Below, in pieces: positions 1-10,595 of a stretch of 64,000 bases of DNA. Every line of letters starts with the position of its first letter. The first letter of the stretch is position 1. The translations under genes and the position numbers were made by a program. This stretch comes from Monocercomonoides exilis PA203 (lineage: Eukaryota; Protista; Preaxostyla): assembly GCA_001643675.2 (NCBI GenBank), contig LSRY02000054.1, forward strand, positions 186,001-250,000, in the 5' to 3' direction. The notes below the pieces were generated by a model. That model searched no databases. It worked only from the letters and a program-made list of their open reading frames with translations, and was not told the DNA's origin.

Positions 1-1140
1 TTGAATAATTCTCTCTTTGTTGCCTTCAGTTCGACAGAATTGAATTTTTTGAATTTAATACCCAGTTTGCATGAGATAACTTCAAAAAAATGTAAGCAGT
101 TCATGCGAAGTTTCTCATTGAACGTGTGCTCGTAAATCTCCTCCAAAGCAACATCAAGAACTCCTCCAAGCATTCGCTCAGCCACGCTCACAGAATTAAA
201 GTTTGCCATTGCATCAAAAATATTAACGCAGGAACTGATAATTCTTTTCATCCCTTTTTTGCTGCTCTGCATAGTCTAACGAGGCAAGCGATAAGTTGTG
301 AATTTTCTTCTTTTTTGTTCACGCAGCAATTCGAAAAAAACGCATCAAGAAAACTGAGCCATCTCATTATTATCCAAACCTCTTTTATTGTTCCGAGTTA
401 TTTTGCATTTTTATTCCAATTAACCTTTCGTATCAACTTCTCCAATTCTTTTCTTGCTTCATTCTTAAAATTCAATTCATTGACGATAATATCTTTCAAA
501 CTTCTGCCATATCTTAACCTATCCACAAGAATAGTCCAAACAGACTGATAAGCAAGTTGAGTTAGATAATGATGCATCTGTTGATATCGAATGATTTCTA
601 TTCTCTCTTCCAAGCATTGTTTTTTTTCAAAAAGCTGAAAAAGAAAGGAAGGAAAATTTCAATCAACGAAAAAGAAAAAAGAGAATTCAAACAACAAATG
701 AGTTCATGCCACTCAAAGCCAACAAAGCCATTTCCACATCTTATTGCATCTCTTCGCTTTTGTCCCTGTTCAAAGCAACGTTCAAAAGATGAGATACACA
801 CACTGTCAGAATCTTGTTTATTTTGCCAACTTTTAGCAAAAGAAAGAATTCACAAAGTTCAATCAGCTTCTTTTCGTCTTTTTCTTTCTTTTTCATGTCT
901 TCATCAATGATCATCTCCTCAAATCTTTCGTAAAACGAAGATTCTTCAACTCCATAAATCTGCGAGAATTTCAATACCTTGTTATATCCAAAGTGTTTCA
1001 ACAGCACGAGTGAGTCATTCATCAAAAGCTTCTTTTCTTCAATCATTTTGTGCATATTGTCAAAATCTTTGATTGTTAAAAGATATTCCAAATCAATTTC
1101 ATCTATTTCATTAAGCATTCAAGCCAATTCTTGAACCTTC
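1..1140 (-). pseudogene. Decayed copy of a multicopy lineage-specific helical protein family (LTxLAYQS motif)
   Basis: ORFs 741..1118 and 398..613 share motifs with the copies at 28.5-30 kb and 35-36.5 kb (KMIEEK, LLKHFGYNK, LCE, DVEMALLALS, LTQLAYQSVW, ELNFKNEARKELE). There is an in-frame TAA after EEMQ and further disruption downstream. The copy appears to run off the window start. Confidence 0.7.
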
Positions 1141-2320
1141 TTTATTTTTTTTTTTTTGTTCTGCTTTTTTAAAGAATTTCATCAAAAAAATATTTTTCTC
1201 AATTATTTTTTTTTTAAAATAAGAAAACTCATATTGAAAAACGAAAAACTGCAATTATAATAATAAATGAATACCAAAGAATCTTTCGACTAATGAATCT
1301 GTTGCATAATTGTTATGGTTTACAGTCCATATTTAACCATTTTGGTTTCATTGTTAAAAATTGAATTGTCAAGTGGAAATTCATAACATCAAAACACGTT
1401 CAAGTGTACGCAAACTTTTTTATGCTTTCCTCCCATCTGCGTGCAAATCGAGCTCAAATGAAAATAGTTTTAAAATTCTTTCCTTTTGAACTTTCAAAAT
1501 GGGAATGCTTTAGATCTAATTCTAGAATATGGAACGGAATTCTTTCATAATGAAAAATTCAATGATTTGTTCCAGACTTTTTTTGCAATCGCATAATTAC
1601 AAAACTAATATTGGAGTGCAATTTTGAATATTGAAATATTAAAAAGTTGAAAAAATCTTTGAAAGAATTGTGTGGAACAAAATTCATAAAGCAAAAAATT
1701 TCTTCTCAAATGAAGTTATCTGATTCCTTCATTTAAATGTCATTTATTGGTAAATAAGAGAAAGAAAGTTTATGAAAATGGTGAAAATATCTGCTATTGA
1801 ATGAATCTGAGAAGAATTGAGCTCAAAGAATCTTATGCTGTCTTCGAAATGAACACAAAATGCAGAAAAATGCTGAATATAGTTTTGCTGTTCAAAGAGG
1901 GATTTTAAGAAGAGATTGAAAAACAATGCTCTTAGCTAACAGTTTTTATGATTCGAAGATTTAACAATTTAAGAAAGAACGGCCAAGAGAAAAATGAGTT
2001 GTTAAAGAAAAAATTCTATTGTATGAAATGATAAAATAGAAAAAATTACCAAAAAAAATTTTCAAAATGAAAAATAATTGGATGGCATTTCGTGATAAAA
2101 ATATGATAATGTTCAAAAAGAAGAATAGATTTGGTTCATTCATTTATTGTGGAGAACTAAATTGCAATGGAACAAACAAATGAATAATTATGATAAATCA
2201 TTTTAAATTGCAAATAAAAATTACAAATAATTCACTTAATTGACAAAAAACGAGTCTTATAAAAGTTGAACTTGATTTAAAAACAATTCATTCTCATTCA
2301 TTTTTAACAAAATAATTCAA

Positions 2321-2515
2321 AAAATAAAATAAAATAAAATAAAATAAAATAAAATAAAATAAAATAAAATAAAATAAAATAAAATAAAATAAAATAAAAT
2401 AAAATAAAATAAAATAAAATAAAATAAAATAAAATAAAATAAAATAAAATAAAATAAAATAAAATAAAATAAAATAAAATAAAATAAAATAAAATAAAAT
2501 AAAATAAAATAAAAT
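2321..2515. repeat. (AAAAT)39 perfect pentanucleotide microsatellite
   Basis: Read directly: 195 bp of uninterrupted AAAAT units. Confidence 0.97.
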
Positions 2516-2712
2516 TTAAATTTCTTTTAAGGTTAAATAGATATAACATTCAAAGATGGAACTTTCCATTGGGATAGCAGCACTTTAATCTTCTGAAGTG
2601 AATATTCAGCTTCGCATGTACAAAAATAATAGATATACATATAAAAAGAAATAGAAATAAAAGAACTTCAACATATTAATACATATTGATTTCATTAAAA
2701 TATTGATTTTCA

Positions 2713-5700
2713 TCAATCCTCAAGATAAGGCTCCTGTGAATCTGAAGGAATATCGATAAGCTTTGCGAGCGTGCCGTAGTCGTTAACAAAATTCAAATAC
2801 CTTGGGTTTTCTCTCTTATTTGCAGTTATTTCAGAAAAGTCTGAATTAATCGAATTTAAAAGGTTTTCATTTTCATTGTATTCTGCAATCCGTCTTTTTT
2901 CCTTCCACTTTTTGCGCACAAAAAGCAACAGGATAATAAATCCGATTCCAACAGTTGGAATAACAGTGGATACAACAATAATCATCACTGTTGATGCGTT
3001 GTCAGCTCTGCCCAGATCCTTTCCATCACTCACACGCAGAGGATAAGTTTCCTGCTCTTTCATCAACGACCGATCATCAAAAAACTTCAAAACTGCAAAC
3101 ACTTCAGCCCCATTTGAACGTTCCACAACGTCCCGAGAGAAAAATGCAGATATTGCATTTTCGCTGCTGCTGCTCAAATTTTCCGTCACTGCAATTTCTG
3201 TTAGCTCAGTGAGCACTTTCCCTCCACTTGTTTTATTTGCCAAAATACGCATCATCAAATAACAGTTGAAAAGATACTTCCCTGTCAGCTGAACTTCGCA
3301 TCCTTCTCCAACAATCATCTTTGAAACATTTTCAGGAAGAGGTGTAAACAGACAAGACATCAGATCATTAGGAAACCCAGTAAGCGAGCAATTGTTGTTT
3401 TCAATCCAAAAGTTATCAGGTAATTCTTCGTAAGTTTCTTCAAAGATTCTTCTTTTTTCGCTTTTGGCAGAATGCTTAGAATAGATCGAGCTTCCAGCAT
3501 CATTAACAAGTTCAATAACACCTTTTCCTTCTTTCTTTGTTTCATCGCTTCTGCATATGATGTTGTGAGCAACACTCGGAAATCCATCTAATTCAATAGA
3601 ATTCCCTTTCATTGATGCAACGTCAATCGATAAATAGCTGTTTTTGGAGTCAATGGCACCAACAAGCTTTGTTCTGAATGTTGTATTTTGCATATCCACC
3701 GAGGAATTAACAAAACTCACAAAGGAGCTGTCCCACATACAGATAGCATTTTCTGTATTTTTCTGTTTATCGTTTGCCGAAGATGCCAAATCTACATAAA
3801 AAAAGCAGCAATCCTGAATGTGAACAGCGCTGCATCCACTCGCTGCCAAAAAGAAACCCTTTCCTGCTGAACGAGAACTGAGGGAGATGTTAGTTCTAAT
3901 CAACTGCAGAGAAATATTAACTGGAATTGAAGAGTTTCTAATGCACGTTGAAATGCGAGAAGGCAAAGAAGAGAGAGAAATATTATGTTGAAATGAAGGA
4001 ATATCTGAAGGAATAGAAGAAAGTGAAGAAGAAGAAGAAGAATGTTCGAATGTATGCTGATTTTCATTATTTTCAATGAAATTTTGTTCCTTAATTGAAA
4101 ACACGATCAAAGATTTCTGATCGCTCACCTTAATTTCCTTGAAGCAGCAATCTTTCAGCTCAACTCTCACTTTGCTTTTTTCGTCAATCCCTGAGCAGTC
4201 AATGAAAAATGAGCCTCTATAAAACAGGACCTTGCTCAGGCTCAATAAGACGCATAGAAGAGTTCCTGTTTCAATTTTGAGAAAAGTTGGACTGGTTGTC
4301 TCCTGTTTCGCAGAGGAGATTGCACATCTTTCTATTTCAAATGCACTTTCATCGTTGATTAAAAAGAGACAGCTCACGGGCAAGTCAGCATTGATCTTCA
4401 CATTCGTGTTATTCATTTTGCAATTTCCTTTAATCGCTACATGGTAATCTGTTGTTCTACTACCTTCCCTCAGCTTTGCTTGCTGCTTTATTCCCTCCTC
4501 TCTATTCACTTCATTCCAGATGCTTTCAAGCTTCAGTCCAGCACCTTCCGTATCACCTTCAATAATAATTGATATCCACGTAACAGAATTGATAAGATAA
4601 ACTTCGCCAATAATGTGCAGAGAAGGCTGCTCTTCTTCTTTTTCAAGACTTCGAATACGTCTTTCGAAATATGAATTGTTTCCTGAGGAATCATGTGCTT
4701 CTTGTGTTGTCGATGGTGATGAAGAAAAAGTGGATAAATGCGTCATTGCATAATTCACTGTGCGGCATGGATCGTCTTTGCTTCCACAGAAAAAGATGTC
4801 CCAACCTCCTTTATCCTTTGAATATTCATCGTTCATACACCGCAAAGAAGTGCAAGATAAGCATGAAGCAGAGGAAGATAAAAGCTCACTTCTGAATTTC
4901 TTCGTCGAGTCTTCCATTCCGCTAACGTAAATGACAGAATTTCTGTATGTGATGAATTCCAGATAATCAACAACTTTGCCTTCTTTTTCGCTTTCTGCTC
5001 CGATAGAGTTTTTCTCGTTCCAAAGTGAATGGTTGAAATTTACGCCAAATTTCTGCGATTCTCCTTTATCTGAGATGCTCGGACATCTGATGAAGATGTC
5101 GCGCCCGATATTCGCCTTGTTCTGAAACAAAGCAACTTCCTGAAACACAAAAGGAAACGTCTGCGAATGAAATGCCAAATATACTGCTCCTCCTTTTGTT
5201 TGATCAAAATAAATATTCGTATCGAGACTGTTATGGCTGAATGTGCAGTTTGTAAAATAAAGCTCACAATTCTCTTCTTCTTCAGCAGCAGCTTCTGAAG
5301 AAACTATTCCTTCTTGATTTTTCTCGCTCCAATAAATACATCCTCCAAAAGGCTCATAATCCTCAGGGCACATAAACCAAGATAATGATGAGTTGTTTAT
5401 TTCCAGCTTAAGCTTTGCGCTTTCCCTACTTCGAAGAAAACGTCCAACCAAATTATTCTCACCTGCACTTTTATAGTATTCTTCTGATTCAGTCAAGGAA
5501 CGCATTTTGTTGCTCGAGAAATTCGATATCAAGATATTTTGAAGATGCTTCTCTTTCATCTTTTTCACCTCGCAGCACTTTATATTTGAAACAAAAATCA
5601 CATCATGCCAAAACCTCAGGTTATCAAATGAAACGTCTTTCAACTTCAATGAATCAGCTTCAAATGCAAGGTCAAAAAAAGTTCCAGTGATCGAAGTATT

Positions 5701-8700
5701 TTCCCCTTTGATACTCAGGTTATTAAAAGATATTCCTCCTCCTTCAATGTTAAAGATCGTGTAATTAATAGACTGCTCTTTAATCATTGAAGAGAAAGAA
5801 ATAATAACATCCTTCCATATTGAGAAACCTCTGATGAAAGTTATTGCGTTCTTTGTCCTACTTGTCATCGCTCGCAGTACAAAATTTATGCCAATAACTG
5901 TAACACTGTCACTTATTAATACAATATCCGTCCAGCTGTCGCTGTATTTAATGTTAACCTCAATTTTCCCCATCATCCCCGTTTCTCTTGACGAACAAAT
6001 TTGAGCCTTCTCCAATGACACAGGAAGTGTTAGATACACAAGATCAATAATTATCAGCTTGCGAGGTTCACAAAGATGAGTCCAACCATACGTTAAAGAA
6101 CGACAAGGTAATTCTTGTGTTCCACAGCGAGTGAAATCCGTTCCAAGCGAAGAAGAAACAAATATTGTGGAATGTTCGTAAGTTGTTAGCAATTCTGCAA
6201 TGCTAATTCCAAACATATAATTTAAACTATCGAAGCAGCCAATTTCCATCCCGTCAATTTCTTTATCAACAAAGCTAAAAATCCCTTGAATGTTAATATC
6301 AAGAAGAGAATATGAATAAAATCTCATATCGCGATATTTTTCGGCAGAATTATTAAAAAATGATAATTGGTCCAAAATTAATGATGCTTCTTTCACTATG
6401 TTTATTGACAATGCGCCTCCGTTGTTTGTCGCTGAACATGACTGAAACGAGCTATTTGTAATTGCTAAGCATGTTCCTTCATATAATGAACAGCCAATAA
6501 ATCCTCCACAGATTGAGTTAGTTGTTATTAAGTCTGCGGTAATATTTCGAATTGAAACAAAATTTCCTTGAAAAAATGCTCCATTAAATAAAATCGGAGA
6601 ATTAATATTTGAACTGATATTTTTAAAAGCACAGTCAACTATCGTAAGATTCAGGATATTCCACACAAAAATTATTGATCGTATTTCATCAGTTGGTGCA
6701 TCAGAAAAAGTTGTTTCAACAATTGTTAGATATGCAAAATTATCCAACATAAAGAAACAAAAATGTTCAGCTTGATTCGAGATTAATGGCTTTCCAGTTG
6801 AAACTAATTTCCTTTGAAGATCGAATGATTGTTCGCTTATGCTGGAACATCTAAAAATCACATGATCCACAATAATTGAAGAAGGTGTTAAATAATCAGC
6901 TGTACCTACAATACTTGAATATGGATATAATTTCATTTTTGGATAAATAACAGCCAGATTTCGCATTGTAAACGTGCTATCTCCAATATCTAAAACAGAA
7001 AAAATTTTTTCATCAAAATTCTGAATATCAATTTCAATCGCTCCTCCACCATTTCCATCAATCTCTAATTCCATCTCCTTTATAGAACAACTGCTTCTAA
7101 CAAACGATTTTGCATTTGAATGAATAACGCATTTTAAATTTTCATTGGACGAAGAATGACTTAACACTTGGGAAAGCGTCTGGCACTGCTGATGTTCCGA
7201 AGAACCGCAAGCAACACTAAAAGGAGCAGTGGAATCCAATTCTATAATTCGTCGAGCAACTTCTAGTGACTTTGACAGAAAAAAAATTTCATCAGGTTTG
7301 CTCCGTTTCATCTGAACGACTGCTCCTTCTTTCAGCTCGGACGTTTTGCACAGAGAAAAGAGCTTGAGTCCATCATCATAATCAGCTTCACTCGCAACAA
7401 AAGCATCATGCCCATATTTATCTGCCGTATTTACAGCGAAATAGCTCATATATATGCAATAAAAATCTTGGTTTCGCAATCGTCTATCACAGCTCAAAAA
7501 TACTGCATTTGCTACAACCACGTAAATTGCTCCTCCATAATTAGCCTTGCAGCCGGAAAAATCACACTCATAGATAAGAGCCCGTTCTTCAACATCCTTA
7601 AGATAAAGTCCGCCTCCGCTTCCTTGTGAATAACATCTCAAAAAGGTACATTGTATGAGCACTGGCTCGACTTCTTTGAAGAATTCGTCTGGATCGGAAT
7701 TCCACTTTGTTTGCATTTTTAAGCAGTTGCCTTCAAATGGAAAGTTGTTTCTTTCACGAATTTGTGAGTAATTATTTTGATGCCATATTGTGTGATTTCC
7801 GCAAAAGTCAGTTTTTCTTTGAGGTATCTGTGATAATTTGCGCTCGAATACGACACATGCATCAGCATTCGAACTGCAATCGAAAAACAGGCATTTCCTG
7901 ATTGCTGGAGAACGAATGCTGATCACATGAACAGCTCCAGCAGTTGTTTCAACATTTTTATTTTCATTTTCACCGTTTATATCTTGGAAAGAAGAGTTTT
8001 CTATGGTTACAGCCACATTTCCAGTCACAAAGATAGCTCCTCCTGATCCGATATAGCTTGCGCAATCTTGAAAATTACAATTTTTTACAGTAAGAGTTAA
8101 AACGGTCTGATCTTGTGTTCTTGCAAAGATGCATTGTCCAAATTCATCGCCTTTAATTCCCTTCCAAGTGCATGAGTCAAACGTAAATTCCTTATCAACT
8201 GAAGGATCTAGGACAACTCTTTCGAGTGTTTCATTTGAATAACGCTTGTTTACCCACCGCGTGCATGAAACGTGTGTTGAGTTAAAATCAATCAATGAAT
8301 GAACGTCAAAAGAGATTGAAGGGATTAGCACGCCATCATACACTCCGTACACATGATTGAAAGCAGAATTTGAAATTGTTATAGAGCAAGAGTTCGGCTT
8401 TTGTTCTTGTATGCTCGCATTTTGCGTTGCACTGATATTGAAAAAAGCAGAATCATGAAACTCCAATGTTGAGTCAATTACAGATGAAGCAAAAAATGTG
8501 GTCGATATTAAAACAGATGAAAATGATGAAGATGACACAGTAACTAAAACAGAAGGATTCCAAATAGGAGAATCACTTTTCATGAATACAAACGAATTCA
8601 TTTCCATGGAATCTATCTGTGATAAAAGTGAGATGTTTTTGAGCTGTAAAAGGCTTCCTGTTTTGGCAAATGAGCTGCCTAATTGTTGTTCTCTCGAAAA

Positions 8701-8958
8701 AACAATGCAACTAACAACAGAAACATTCGAAAAGCCATCTTGCAAAATCGTAGCATCATCGCAGCTTGAAATAATACACTCTTTTTGGATCAATATTGTC
8801 GAGTTTGCGATTCTCATTTTCGTTAGAAAACAGCTCATTTCGCAAAATACTAATTTAGTCCAATCTCCAATCAATTTACCTTCAGCAAGCGCACCATTGC
8901 ATTTTATCTGACCCATATATAATTCAAATTTTCTGTTATCGCCTAAACCAATTGCCAT
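2713..8958 (-). CDS. Large single-pass surface protein with Pmp/pectin-lyase-like beta-helix repeats (at least 2081 aa; 5' exon uncertain)
   Basis: Uninterrupted 2081-aa ORF. Repeated GGAI/GGGL/GGAV and FxxN motifs, CGxxxxPC modules (DFTRCGTQELPCRSL, DIFFCGSKDDPCRTV), and a C-terminal TM helix VMIIVVSTVIPTVGIGFIILLLFV followed by RKKWKEKRR. Confidence 0.85.
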   Translation of the reverse strand: MAIGLGDNRKFELYMGQIKCNGALAEGKLIGDWTKLVFCEMSCFLTKMRIANSTILIQKECIISSCDDATILQDGFSNVSVVSCIVFSREQQLGSSFAKTGSLLQLKNISLLSQIDSMEMNSFVFMKSDSPIWNPSVLVTVSSSSFSSVLISTTFFASSVIDSTLEFHDSAFFNISATQNASIQEQKPNSCSITISNSAFNHVYGVYDGVLIPSISFDVHSLIDFNSTHVSCTRWVNKRYSNETLERVVLDPSVDKEFTFDSCTWKGIKGDEFGQCIFARTQDQTVLTLTVKNCNFQDCASYIGSGGAIFVTGNVAVTIENSSFQDINGENENKNVETTAGAVHVISIRSPAIRKCLFFDCSSNADACVVFERKLSQIPQRKTDFCGNHTIWHQNNYSQIRERNNFPFEGNCLKMQTKWNSDPDEFFKEVEPVLIQCTFLRCYSQGSGGGLYLKDVEERALIYECDFSGCKANYGGAIYVVVANAVFLSCDRRLRNQDFYCIYMSYFAVNTADKYGHDAFVASEADYDDGLKLFSLCKTSELKEGAVVQMKRSKPDEIFFLSKSLEVARRIIELDSTAPFSVACGSSEHQQCQTLSQVLSHSSSNENLKCVIHSNAKSFVRSSCSIKEMELEIDGNGGGAIEIDIQNFDEKIFSVLDIGDSTFTMRNLAVIYPKMKLYPYSSIVGTADYLTPSSIIVDHVIFRCSSISEQSFDLQRKLVSTGKPLISNQAEHFCFFMLDNFAYLTIVETTFSDAPTDEIRSIIFVWNILNLTIVDCAFKNISSNINSPILFNGAFFQGNFVSIRNITADLITTNSICGGFIGCSLYEGTCLAITNSSFQSCSATNNGGALSINIVKEASLILDQLSFFNNSAEKYRDMRFYSYSLLDINIQGIFSFVDKEIDGMEIGCFDSLNYMFGISIAELLTTYEHSTIFVSSSLGTDFTRCGTQELPCRSLTYGWTHLCEPRKLIIIDLVYLTLPVSLEKAQICSSRETGMMGKIEVNIKYSDSWTDIVLISDSVTVIGINFVLRAMTSRTKNAITFIRGFSIWKDVIISFSSMIKEQSINYTIFNIEGGGISFNNLSIKGENTSITGTFFDLAFEADSLKLKDVSFDNLRFWHDVIFVSNIKCCEVKKMKEKHLQNILISNFSSNKMRSLTESEEYYKSAGENNLVGRFLRSRESAKLKLEINNSSLSWFMCPEDYEPFGGCIYWSEKNQEGIVSSEAAAEEEENCELYFTNCTFSHNSLDTNIYFDQTKGGAVYLAFHSQTFPFVFQEVALFQNKANIGRDIFIRCPSISDKGESQKFGVNFNHSLWNEKNSIGAESEKEGKVVDYLEFITYRNSVIYVSGMEDSTKKFRSELLSSSASCLSCTSLRCMNDEYSKDKGGWDIFFCGSKDDPCRTVNYAMTHLSTFSSSPSTTQEAHDSSGNNSYFERRIRSLEKEEEQPSLHIIGEVYLINSVTWISIIIEGDTEGAGLKLESIWNEVNREEGIKQQAKLREGSRTTDYHVAIKGNCKMNNTNVKINADLPVSCLFLINDESAFEIERCAISSAKQETTSPTFLKIETGTLLCVLLSLSKVLFYRGSFFIDCSGIDEKSKVRVELKDCCFKEIKVSDQKSLIVFSIKEQNFIENNENQHTFEHSSSSSSLSSIPSDIPSFQHNISLSSLPSRISTCIRNSSIPVNISLQLIRTNISLSSRSAGKGFFLAASGCSAVHIQDCCFFYVDLASSANDKQKNTENAICMWDSSFVSFVNSSVDMQNTTFRTKLVGAIDSKNSYLSIDVASMKGNSIELDGFPSVAHNIICRSDETKKEGKGVIELVNDAGSSIYSKHSAKSEKRRIFEETYEELPDNFWIENNNCSLTGFPNDLMSCLFTPLPENVSKMIVGEGCEVQLTGKYLFNCYLMMRILANKTSGGKVLTELTEIAVTENLSSSSENAISAFFSRDVVERSNGAEVFAVLKFFDDRSLMKEQETYPLRVSDGKDLGRADNASTVMIIVVSTVIPTVGIGFIILLLFVRKKWKEKRRIAEYNENENLLNSINSDFSEITANKRENPRYLNFVNDYGTLAKLIDIPSDSQEPYLED

Positions 8959-9864
8959 AGCATATTTCTTAATGTTAAATCATATAAAACAAACTATCAA
9001 TCCAAATATCCGATTCATATTCAACTTGAGTGCAAGCAGCATGTTGAAATAACATCACTTCAATTACGCATTTGGTGTACAGGATAAAACCAAGCATTTA
9101 GCTGACATTTAAAAGAAGGGCACTCTTTTTAATATTATTTGATAATTATAATGTTTTAATGGGTGTATGAATAATAACGAAATCTCTTTTTCTAAATTCT
9201 TTCTAAAGTCTGTATATGAAAGAATATACTAAAAATAAATTTGATTTCAGTATTGAAAAATAAAGATACAACTAATTTCAAAAACTTTGTTGAAAAGTTT
9301 TATTATTATCTTTGCCCAAATAGGAATGAAATCGATTTTAATTCATTCCCTACAAAAAATTGTTCAATTTAATATTCAACATGTTTCACATTTCACATTG
9401 GTTTTTGCCGATTTTTAAAAGCCAACAAGAAGAATAATTCTAAAATTGTTATTTTCATGAAATCATCATTTTTTCGAAGAATAGATTATTTAACTGCAAC
9501 ATTCGTTGACAACAATATTTGAGTCGCAATATTCGGCTCTTCAAAATTATATGTCTGAGTAAAAAATGAAATTAATAATTTTGAGTGAAGTGTTTTCACA
9601 AAAATTAATTATCTATCGAATAAGTTTCAATCTTAATCAAATTTCTTGCTTGCAATTTTGACATTTCGAAAAACTTCGAAGTTTCAAAAAGAAAACAAAA
9701 ATCAATAAAAATCAAAGAACATTTTTGTTGTTGAAATGCTGTATGTAACATAATATTTCTGACATTTTCTTTGAAAAATTGTGCACTTTTTATTTGCTTT
9801 TATTGAACAAAATATATCAGCAAAATGGGTTCATTTTTTGAAATATTTGTGAGATTTTAAAACA

Positions 9865-10380
9865 TGGGTTATTATATTTGAATTCAAATAATTTCATTCA
9901 TTATTATCTGTTCGAAAATTTCCCGCGAATATAAAAAAAAGAACACTGAAAAGAATGAAGGCATATTTTGTACATGGGTAATTCTTTTTGAAATCATAAC
10001 ATTTTACGGAGTGCTATTTTTATAAAAGATTGTTTTCCATTGTGTAAAGATTTTTTATTCAAGTGCTAAATTCATCAGAACTGTTTCAAAAATAAATGTT
10101 ATAGCTGAATTGAAAACGATGGGCTTTTGAAAAATGCATATTCTTTTATCTATGTTCATTTGTTCATATCCAAGAGAGCCTTTTCGGATCGAAAATTTAA
10201 AATGGAAAAATATGATTTAAAAATAAACACCCACATCTTCATTTTTCATTCAGTTATAGCATTGGTTTCTGCAACATGTGTGATGAATTTGGCATTTGAG
10301 AACAAAATGTTTTTCCGTTGACAAACAACCTTTGAAAAATCAAAATCTGAAAAAAAAGTTATGATTCCAAAAATAATAGT
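9865..10380. mobile_element. About 255-bp MITE (family B) carrying a nested 259-bp MITE
   Basis: 9865-9962 and 10236-10380 align by eye with the reverse complement of the MITE at 32705-32959 (TGGGT.ATT..TTTGAA start; GAACACTGAAAA; TGACAAACAACCTTTGAAAAA). Removing the insert leaves about 255 bp. Confidence 0.65.
9975..10233. mobile_element. Inner MITE with TGGGT...ACCCA termini
   Basis: Starts TGGGTAATTCTTTTTGAAATCATA and ends TATGATTTAAAAATAAACACCCA. CA lies on both sides. Confidence 0.6.
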
Positions 10381-10555
10381 TTCTTCATGTTATTATGTCT
10401 TTTAAACTAGTTTACTGATTTGATAATCTAATATATCTTAAAATCTGAGCCTGTTTAATGAAGAAATGAATGAAACAAAAATTTATCGCTTTGTGGGGGG
10501 AAAAGCTCAAAAGAACAAATTTACCATCATATCTCCACAAAGAATTTTGTTATTT

Positions 10556-10558
<3 letters not shown>

Positions 10559-10594
<36 letters not shown>
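10559..10594. repeat. poly(T) tract, 36 nt
   Basis: Read directly. Confidence 0.9.

Positions 10595-10595
<1 letters not shown>

Noticed and set aside
2304-2549. ORF with ILFYF repeats
   Set aside because: Translation of the (AAAAT)n microsatellite.
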